DNA of 63,627 nucleotides, filler included, from Thraustochytrium aureum (Eukaryota): NCBI GenBank assembly GCA_012862495.1. It is 4 parts of one record of this genome, joined end to end, with 100 filler letters (N's around TTAATTAATTAA, not from the genome) between each part and the next. Parts side by side here need not be neighbours in the genome. Positions count along the whole stretch, not along the records: positions 53,246 to 63,627 come from BLSG01000009.1; 3 more parts are not named here. One strand, 5' to 3'. Shown piece by piece: positions 55,140 to 63,627 of this stretch (position 1 is its first letter; each line of letters starts with the position of its first letter). The notes under the pieces were generated by a model. It saw only the letters and a program-made list of their open reading frames with translations, ran no database searches and was not told where the DNA came from. The position numbers and the translations under genes were made by a program.

Positions 55140-58100
55140 ATGCAGGTCGCTCCTGTCCCCAAGCCAAGCGACATTGACAAAGATGGCGCTTTCTCCAAGC
55201 TCAAGGCTCAAGGCAAGGACAACAACTCGGTCTTCTCCTCGTTCGAGTTTGCATACGTGAGCGGCAAAGAGGGCTTGAATGGCGTTCTGTTTGCGATGAG
55301 CAAGCGGGGATCAAACTCACAAATTGGCTTCATGACGGGCATGTTTATCGACTTTTTGCAGATGTCAGCTTTCGTGCTTCCCCGCAAGGACGTGATGGAC
55401 CTGGGCTTCCCCAAACCCGTCGAAACCCTCGCTGACGCCCTCTCACAAGCCCAGATCGGAACACAGCTCACGAACGCTGGTGGAGTTCTGCCGATGCTGC
55501 TCTGCAGCTTGGCTCTCGTTGTACTCGAGCTGGGCAACTTGTTCTACGTTGGCTACTCGTGGTCCAAACGGGACTTCAAGCACCTCTGGACCATCAAACT
55601 CCTCCGATACACCATGTCCATGTTTGTCGGCGTCCTCTACATCCCCATCGTTTCCATTATGGCCAACGTCTACACGTGCCGTGGGATCGACGATGCGGCG
55701 GTCTGCAGCGTTCTTGTCCCGATAACCACCGTATGCCTCGCGGTCTTCATCTCGGTCGCTCTCCTGGTCAGTTTGACACTCTTCGACCCGCGACCCTCGT
55801 CCATGTCGCCGTCGGCGCGCCCGCACTCTCGGATCAACACGCTGCACCTTTTGTGCAAGACTGGTTGCAATGACCTTTTCAGTTCTCCAGCAGCCCAACC
55901 CGGACCAATCTCTGGCAACAATCTGGAGCCTCTTCACCGCGGCTTGGGCGATCCCTCTCGCAGGATTGTTTTTGTGGTACCAGCCCTACTTTCACACCTC
56001 GAGCACGCAGGTGCGGTCTGCGCTCTCCAGCCTGCTTGCTTGGTTCTCGGTCTGCACAGTCCTGCACGTTCAGATGACCCCGCGCACCACAACGTCACTA
56101 CAGGCGGACAGCTCGAACACCATCACCGTCACCCTCTTTGGCGGCGCCCTGTTTCTCGTGCCAATGTCCGTCGTGCTCGTGCGATACCGGTGCCACACTC
56201 TTGCGGCGAAGCGAATCAACCAATGCACCAACGTGTTCGAGTTTGAGCTCAAGTGCCGCCTTGAGATCCAAGGCCTCGGGGTGGACCACATTTCCACTCT
56301 GACCAAGGCCGACAAGCGGCTTGTGACCGAGCGAGCCGAGCGGGTTCACAAGTGGTACACTGAGGCGACCACGCTTTTCCCGCTGTCGAGCGCGCTGTTC
56401 GTTTTTCATGCCCACGTCTTACTGGACTTTCTCAGCAACCGCAGCCCGCTGATCAGGCGCTCGATCCTGATGGCCGAAAAGCGCGGCCTCGGCCTCGACT
56501 TCAACTTTATCATCTACAAGACGCGCCGTCTCCTCGAAGAAAACGTGGCCCAGTCCTCGGACGTTCTCGGGTTTGTCAAGTCGGAGAAGTTTCTCAAGGA
56601 GGCTCTGGCCTACGACCGCCAGTGCTCGCTCCAGCTGATCGAGTTTTGGAACGAGCTCTCCGAGAAGCACCCGGACATCAGGAAAGGTCCGCCAGCTAGC
56701 CCTCAACATTGCCATGTCGTCGGCACTCGCCAACCAGACATACTGCAAGCTGCTCGAGGTCGCCCCCCAATCGCCCAAGGTGTTCAAGCTCTTCGGGTCC
56801 TTCCTTCTGGACATCATGAACGACACAATCACCGGGATCCCAATGCTGCTCAAGGCGCAGCGAATCGAAAACGGCAAAGGCACAAACACCTCGGTGGGGC
56901 TGGACGACATCAACTCGGACTCGATCGGGGTTCTGATCGTCCGCGTCGGTGCAGAGGGCACACACGACACAGGCGATATAATATCTGCCAACGCCTGGGC
57001 GGGCGGTAGCCTCAACGCGGCCTCGCAGCAACTCGTCGGAACCAAAGTGCAGTCGCTGTTCGTTTCTCCGCTCGCAGAGCAATTCGAGACGATCGTTCAG
57101 CGCTTCGTGGAGCATGGCGAAGATGAACTGTTGGACAAGGTGATCCGGACCTTCATCCGGTCGCGGACAGGCTTTGTCCTCGAGGTAGACATGAAGCTCA
57201 AGCCGTACGCCGGTGACGGGCTCAACTTCAACGTATACATTCTGTTCACTGAGGTGCAGACCGAGTCGACGAGCTTTGTCCTGACCAATCCTAGCGGGTC
57301 GATTCTCGGGATGGGCCGCGAGGCGCACGAGATTCTCGGCTCACTCGACAACAGCAGAAAGGACCAAGGGTCAACGTTTGCCACTTTCAATGCCCACGAG
57401 CAGACAGGCCGCCGCAACCCAGCAACCGTGTTCATGATCATGCCTAGCTTTGGTGAGCTGGTCGACATCGCCAACCAAGCGGAACCTGGCTCGGACTCCC
57501 GCCGTTGCCCGGTTTTCTTCGAAGAGCGCAGGGTTCGAGGGAACAGCATTCCGGTCGTACACCTTGCCAAAGCTGATGCCTCCGTGCGCGAAAATGAGTC
57601 CTCTGACCTCGGCCCGTCGTCAGGCCAGCGAGGAGCCGCCAGCACTCACGGTTCTGTCTTCCTTCGCGACATCTCAATTAGCGGCCTTGATTCCAAGCTC
57701 CTCCAACTGTTCATCTCGCCCAACCGGCCAGCGTTGCTTTCAGACGATGGCGATAATTCGGATGAGGACAGCGCAAGTGCGCTATCTCAGATAGACTCCA
57801 ACGCTGACGGCGAGAGTGCCGCGGTCGCCGAGGATGACACTCTGGCTGCTCACCGTAGCTCGCCCACCCATGACGCGGCCGAGATGAGCAGCGCAGAACT
57901 ACAGGCCCGCCTGCAGAGAGCGAAGCAAACGTCCAAGCCAAAGAAGAGCATCTCAAGGGCGAAAACCAGACCCAGCTCAAAGGCGCTGTCAGTTGCAAGC
58001 TCCTCGGCAGCCTCAACTGAACTCCTCCGCAACAAGGCGCTCGCCGTGCGCCGCCTGCTTTCCGACAACCAGAACGCCGCCATGGACGCGACGCTTGCGC

Positions 58101-60104
58101 GATTGCGCCGCATCTACCTCCGCGTGTCTCTTCTCGTGATCGGTCTGGCGCTTTTCGAGTACTCGCAGTCCGTCAATGTCATCAACGACTTCCTTGCCGA
58201 CGTCCAATTCATCAACGGTCTTGGATTCCGGCGCTTTTGCGTCGTTACGATTGCCTATACGGCGCACACGCTCGTGATGGTGCGACAAGGGATACTGGGC
58301 CCGGAACATGAAGCGCCGGCGCGCAAAGAGCTGCTCTCGGCTGCAGACACGCTCAAGACACTTGACGCAAAGTTGTATGAAGTGCGCGCTGCTGTTGGTG
58401 GGGACCTTCAAACCCTGTACGAGGCCCCAGTGTTGGATTTCGCATTCGTGCGCAACGGGCGAATCGCCTTTGAGAGCACGTCCATGTTTGACGCGACGCT
58501 GAGACTCACGAGCTTGGCGGAGCAGGCCTACACGGCAGACCTCGCTCAATATACGTACACAGACCCGACGTCGTTTCCTTTGCTCGTGAACTTGGTTGCC
58601 ACGAATGACACGGTCCTCCGCGGGCTTGAGCGCAGCACGGATTACTATACCACGTTTGCCCGCGAGACCTTACACGCGGTCATTGGAACGTTCGTCATTG
58701 TGTCTGTGGTGTTGTGCTTTGTGATCATGGTGCTCCTCATGTTCACCTTGTACCCGCTCGTGGCAAACGGAGGCAAGATCGAGAACACCAAGCGCGAGAT
58801 ACTGCAGGTTTTCAGCGAGATTCCAAAAGCGACGACGCGGGGGGTGGCAAGCAGGTACGCAAACCGCCTCCGCGACGTCCACGGGGAAGAGTTCGAGTCT
58901 GGAGATGCACAGCACCAACCTGATGTCACCAGGCAGTCCTCGTTTGCAGCGCTTGGAGCGGAGCCCAAGGGGCAAAAGCCGCCAAAGCACGAAAACCTCA
59001 CAGCAAAAGTCGCTCCATTCCTCGAAAACGGCTCCGCGCCCAACAATGGCAAGGATGCGGCGTTCAGCAAGTCTCCACAGCCGAGAAGCAAAACGACCAG
59101 CCGTGGCTCGAAGAGCAAGGCGAGCGCGCGGGAGAAGAAACCTGCATGTTCCCTTCGAAAAGTCGGCATCGTGTGCAAGATGAGCAGCCTGCTTTTCCTC
59201 ACCATCGCCTACTTTGCTGCTGCCATCTACATAATCCGAGCAGCTGAGGTTGCGACGGCTGGCGCGCCGGGCGAGTCCAACTTTGCCGGGTACCGCCGGA
59301 TGAAGAGTCGGTACGTGTCGCACGAGCTCCGGTCGCTGATCAGCGGCGCGTTCAGGAATGTTCCTGACGACCTTCTGCAAGACAAGGGCGGGAATCCCTT
59401 TCTCCTCTCGTCTCGCCTGAAATGGTCCGCGAGCGCATCGACTCGCTCTACGACACCCACAGCCGCCTCCTCTACGGGTCCCCTGAGACTACATAACGGG
59501 CACGTTCCGCGAGCCCGCGGACGCAGCGGACAACACGCTCATGGACATTTACACGCAAGACGGGTGCATCGCTTGGCCTGCTGCGGAAGCGGCCAAGTCG
59601 AACGTCACGATAGACGATTGCCGCGCGTTCCAGAACGGGTTGGTCTCCACCGGGCTCCAGAGCGCCCTCTCCGACTTTATGGAGCGCGCTCGCCAGGCCA
59701 CGTTTGACGGCGAGGTGATCAAGCTCGCAGCAAGCGGAAACACGACTGAAAGGCGAGCTCTGCTGGAGCGCGCAGACATCAGCGCTCTTTTGGAGCTCGA
59801 GGGACGATTTCTGCAGGTGCAGCTGACAACAGTGATAAAGCAGCAAGCAGCAAAGACCCAGCGGCGCCTCGACCGAGCTGGGTTTGAGCTGCTCGTCCTG
59901 TTGTTCAGTTTCATCGCAGCCACCTTTTTCACGTACGTGTTCGTGATACGCTCAATGTTGGTTAAGCTCGACATTGAGGTCAAGCGCACGCGCTCCCTGC
60001 TCCTGGTGATCCCGGAAGATGTGCTCGAAAACCTTGCGCACATCCAGCGCTTTCTCGTCGACCAGTTCGGCTCGGCCTTCTCCTCAACTGGCTCCGGAAA
60101 CTAA
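55140..60104 (+). CDS. TmcB/TmcC (tiny macrocysts)-like large multi-pass membrane protein with PAS-like region; frameshifts near 55865, 56690 and 59400-59530
   Basis: N-terminal multi-TM block (FIDFLQM, VLYIPIVSIM..YTC, SARPHSR), helical block LIEFWNEL...YCKLLEVAPQSPKVFKLFGSFLLDIMND, PAS-like GDIISAN...LVGTKVQSLFVSPLAEQ, later TM pairs, terminal KLDIEVKRTRSLLLVIPEDVL...IQRFL; spread over ORFs 55140..56246, 55870..57009, 56714..59707 and 59541..60104. Confidence 0.75.
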
Positions 60105-61161
60105 AACTTGTAAAACTGCAAGCCACATCGTCCATGAGTCCCATTTGTCAAAGTACAACGCCTGGCAGGGGATTTGGAAGCCGCTGGCGCAAGAGCGCGA
60201 GAAAAAAGCGCACCTTCGAACGCTCGCCACGAGCTCCAAAGATGTCAACGAAGACGACCACCACGGTGGCGAAACTGAACGCTGCATCTACTACAACGAC
60301 GGCTGTCGCGACGACGAAGACAGCGTCCACACAGCGAACAGCGCCAGCAACGTCGAGCGGTTGCCACGACACGAGAACTTGGACGCTAGCAGCGAAACCA
60401 TAGCAGCATCCGCGACGACGGCGCGCCCGACCACGACCACGAGGTCAACCTCGAGCAAGATGTCAACGAGGACTTGAACGCTGCCGGCGAAAACGNNNNN
60501 NNNNNNNNNNNNNNNNNNNNNNNNNNNNNNNNNNNNNNNNNNNNNNNNNNNNNNNNNNNNNNNNNNNNNNNNNNNNNNNNNNNNNNNNNNNNNNNNNNNN
60601 NNNNNNNNNNNNNNNNNNNNNNNNNNNNNNNNNNNNNNNNNNNNNNNNNNNNNNNNNNNNNNNNNNNNNNNNNNNNNNNNNNNNNNNNNNNNNNNNNNNN
60701 NNNNNNNNNNNNNNNNNNNNNNNNNNNNNNNNNNNNNNNNNNNNNNNNNNNNNNNNNNNNNNNNNNNNNNNNNNNNNNNNNNNNNNNNNNNNNNNNNNNN
60801 NNNNNNNNNNNNNNNNNNNNNNNNNNNNNNNNNNNNNNNNNNNNNNNNNNNNNNNNNNNNNNNNNNNNNNNNNNNNNNNNNNNNNNNNNNNNNNNNNNNN
60901 NNNNNNNNNNNNNNNNNNNNNNNNNNNNNNNNNNNNNNNNNNNNNNNNNNNNNNNNNNNNNNNNNNNNNNNNNNNNNNNNNNNNNNNNNNNNNNNNNNNN
61001 NNNNNNNNNNNNNNNNNNNNNNNNNNNNNNNNNNNNNNNNNNNNNNNNNNNNNNNNNNNNNNNNNNNNNNNNNNNNNNNNNNNNNNNNNNNNNNNNNNNN
61101 NNNNNNNNNNNNNNNNNNNNNNNNNNNNNNNNNNNNNNNNNNNNNNNNNNNNNNNNNNNNN

Positions 61162-62119
61162 GGGCCCTTTCCAGGAGCTGGGTCTGGCCCCGCGCACGGG
61201 AGCCGCCTCGCGACATGTCTGGGATCATGGACGATATGCTTTGTTTGCTGCCGTTCGAACCGGCCTACTTTTCGAGCCCCTGCACCTTCATCGGGCACCC
61301 CGTGTTGGAGCAGGTCTTCGACGAGGCAGCCTTCAGTCGCCCTCGAGAGCGGAGCGGCTTGCTGCTCGCAAGAAGCGAAGCACGCAGTGGGAACGCGGTG
61401 CAGCGCCAGCCGCTCTCCCCGCGCGAATATGTGGACGAGGTGCGGCTCCCGGGATGGGCCAGGCTTCCCGAAGTTCGGGTGGCCCGTGCGCCAGGGCCCG
61501 ACAAGATCGGGTTTTTCCCTGGGAGCAGGCACGCCGAGCTGGACAGCGCGCTCCCACTGCTTGACGAGCTGGTTGAAACCCTCGGCAGCCTGTGCCCGGG
61601 CGCCCAGGTTTTCGTTTCCTCGACGCCGCTCACGCAAGAGAGGGTGCTACGGCACGTCGAGCGGCTCAGTGCAAGGTGCACTGGCGTGCGCGTCGCTGTG
61701 GAACAGGATAAGGCCAAGCTTTTGCGCACTGCCTCCGTGGCAGCAGCTGTTTCAGGCACAGTTGCCACAGAGCTCGCCCTGCATGGCGTGCCTAGCGTTG
61801 TTTTTACCGGGGAAGCTGGCTGACAGCAAGGCTCGCCAAGCGGCTCGCCAAGGTCAGGTTTGTCACGCTCGCAAACATCCTCGCGGACAAGGAGATTGTC
61901 CCGGAGCACCTCTTCTCGGCCTGCTCTGGCCAGGCCGTCTGCCAGTCGGTGCTCAAGATCCTGCGCGAGCCGGGCGCTGGCCAAGTCCAAGTTGAACGCG
62001 CGCGCGGCGCACTTGCGTACTTGTCAGAGTGGGACACAGCCGCCCAAAGGCCCGTGGCGCCCTCTTGGCTCGCGGCCCAGAGCATCGCCCGGCACCTGGT
62101 TGCTTGCAACTCGGCATGA
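61162..62119 (+). CDS. lpxB: Lipid-A-disaccharide synthase (GT19); 5' part in N gap; frameshift at T-run ~61801-61805
   Basis: DDMLCLLPFEPAYF, CTFIGHPVLE, IGFFPGSRHAEL, AAAVSGTVATELALHGVPSVV, then [Y]RGSWLTARLAKRLAKVRFVTLANILADKEIVPEHL ending at TGA 62117-62119; all are LpxB motifs. Confidence 0.88.
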
Positions 62120-62224
62120 CGCAGCCGCGCGCGCGGTGCGCCAGAGTACCAAAAGAAAATAAATCAAATGTGTCGAAGAAGTTTGCAATGTCTTGCCATG
62201 TCCGCATGTGCGACACGGCGACCC

Positions 62225-63627
62225 TCAGCGCGACGAAGAGGAGGAGGAGGAAGAAAGCGGGCCGGCTCGGTCAAAGACCGCGACGGTTTCGATGTGGTTT
62301 GAGCCAGGGAAGAGAAGGTGCCCTTCGCAGTNNNNNNNNNNNNNNNNNNNNNNNNNNNNNNNNNNNNNNNNNNNNNNNNNNNNNNNNNNNNNNNNNNNNN
62401 NNNNNNNNNNNNNNNNNNNNNNNNNNNNNNNNNNNNNNNNNNNNNNNNNNNNNNNNNNNNNNNNNNNNNNNNGGTTTGAGCCAGGGAAGAGAAGGTGCCC
62501 TTCGCAGTGCACAAGCTTGAAATTCTGCCGCACCAGCTCCCCAGCGTCGCGCTGGAACGCCTTGAAGCCACACGAGACGTAGATGATGCGGCGTAGCGCC
62601 GTGGAAGCCCGAATCGCCTCGAGTACCTCAGGCTCCATGCCCTTGCGCGGAGGGTCCACCACAAGCAGCTCGGCCTCGCTCAAGGCGCCAGAGGTTGCCA
62701 TTTTCGCCGCACTCGCGGTGGTGTACTTGGCCTTGGAGCGCAGTTCTCGCGGGAGGCCTTCGACGGATCGCTGAAAGCACTTTGCGTTGTGAGGGTTCTC
62801 GTCGCTGCAACTCAGCGACGCGACGAGGTCAATGAGGTGCAACCCAATCGTGCCAACACCTCCGTAAAGTTCCACGAGCGCGGGACTCGACTCGGGGACC
62901 CAGTTGCGAACAGTGGCGAGAATCTTCGCAAACGCCGTCGTGTTGGCCTGCCGGAACACAAAGGGCGGAAAGTAGAGCGTTGGCGTTTGCTTCTCGCCGA
63001 GCCCGAGCTGGTCATATCGCTCAACGGCGAGCTCCTGGCCCTCGAGGCGCTTCCAGGCGTCGGGCGCGAACGAGTAAATGTTGTTCTCGTGCCGGGTCGC
63101 GGGGTTGCAGTGCACCCATACGGAGTGGAACAGGTTGTCGCGACACTCGCCCACAGCCAGCTTGCGCGCAGCCTGCATCACCTTCTGAGCGACGCGCGAG
63201 GCCCTGGCCGGTTCGCTCTCGTTGAACACGAAGATTACCTGCACGCCCTTCGACGACGTCTCGACGCTCGCACAGAGGTAGCTCAGTCCGCCCGGATTCA
63301 CCCCGTCGTAGCCCTGCGCCCCGCATTCGCGCAACGCTCGCGCGACGATTGGGATCGCGGTATTGATCGACGGGTGATGCGCCCGGGAACGCTCCATGGG
63401 CACCACCTGGTGGCTTCCTGGTGCGAACAGGCCGATAACCGGCGGGGTGCCGCGAACCGAGAGCTTGGTTGACGTTCGCCACCCGCTCGTGGCCCCGAGG
63501 TGGATCTTGAACTCGCTCGTCCAGCCCAGCGCGTCGCGCATAAACCGCGTCGCCTCGCGGCACACCGGGGCCTTGAGCGGGTTGCTCAGATATTGAGCGC
63601 TCGGGTCGGCCAGGGATCCCTGGCTCG
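62225..63627 (-). CDS. RNA (uracil-5-)-methyltransferase, TrmA/RlmD family; 5' end beyond window
   Basis: WRTSTKLSVRG, IGLFAPGSHQVV, FPPFVFRQANT, LVELYGGVGTIGL, VVDPPRKGM, IIYVSC (catalytic Cys), LFPGSNHIETVAVF. Confidence 0.9.
   Translation of the reverse strand, partial: SQGSLADPSAQYLSNPLKAPVCREATRFMRDALGWTSEFKIHLGATSGWRTSTKLSVRGTPPVIGLFAPGSHQVVPMERSRAHHPSINTAIPIVARALRECGAQGYDGVNPGGLSYLCASVETSSKGVQVIFVFNESEPARASRVAQKVMQAARKLAVGECRDNLFHSVWVHCNPATRHENNIYSFAPDAWKRLEGQELAVERYDQLGLGEKQTPTLYFPPFVFRQANTTAFAKILATVRNWVPESSPALVELYGGVGTIGLHLIDLVASLSCSDENPHNAKCFQRSVEGLPRELRSKAKYTTASAAKMATSGALSEAELLVVDPPRKGMEPEVLEAIRASTALRRIIYVSCGFKAFQRDAGELVRQNFKLVHCEGHLLFPGSNXXXXXXXXXXXXXXXXXXXXXXXXXXXXXXXXXXXXXXXXXXXXXXXXCEGHLLFPGSNHIETVAVFDRAGPLSSSSSSSSR

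Noticed and set aside
1400..61805. Programmed ribosomal frameshifting or mass pseudogenisation as the explanation for split genes
   Set aside because: The breaks hit many unrelated housekeeping genes with intact catalytic motifs, several at homopolymers, and no shared slippery site is evident. Sequencing indels are more parsimonious.
62294..62508. Apparent internal duplication (CEGHLLFPGSN twice) in the RNA methyltransferase
   Set aside because: The same ~36 bp flank both sides of an N gap. These are overlapping contig ends, and merging them restores the normal C-terminal motif.

Overview
GC-rich, intron-poor eukaryotic genomic DNA from a draft assembly. Gene content (outer dynein arm docking subunit, cyclin Y, BRO1, CLPTM1, ABCA, TmcB-like, LpxB) and the (GCCT)n/(GCAC)n/(GGAT)n-rich intergenic style suggest a flagellated heterotrophic protist, possibly a thraustochytrid or other stramenopile (inference, not proven). 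The window is not one locus. Three artificial 100-bp linkers (44 N + TTAATTAATTAA + 44 N) join four scaffolds: 1-15153, 15254-34428, 34529-53145 and 53246-63627. There are many internal N gaps, and many genes carry single-base frameshifts, often at homopolymers, which are most likely sequencing errors. About 22 protein genes and two identical tRNA-Leu(CAG) genes are supportable. No complete novel multi-gene system can be demonstrated. The best leads are: (1) an accessory island with a MITE-like element (imperfect terminal inverted repeats around 13 phased ATACTCCG boxes) next to a secreted protein resembling aerolysin/ETX-type beta-pore-forming toxins; (2) an RIIa/Dpy-30-like docking domain fused to two GAF domains with no catalytic domain, mimicking a PKA regulatory subunit; (3) a membrane-anchored degenerate tubulin-tyrosine-ligase-like protein; (4) a 4.2-kb segment bracketed by duplicated tRNA genes and carrying a type I membrane tyrosinase; (5) a rhomboid protease with repeated ubiquitin-binding-like motifs.
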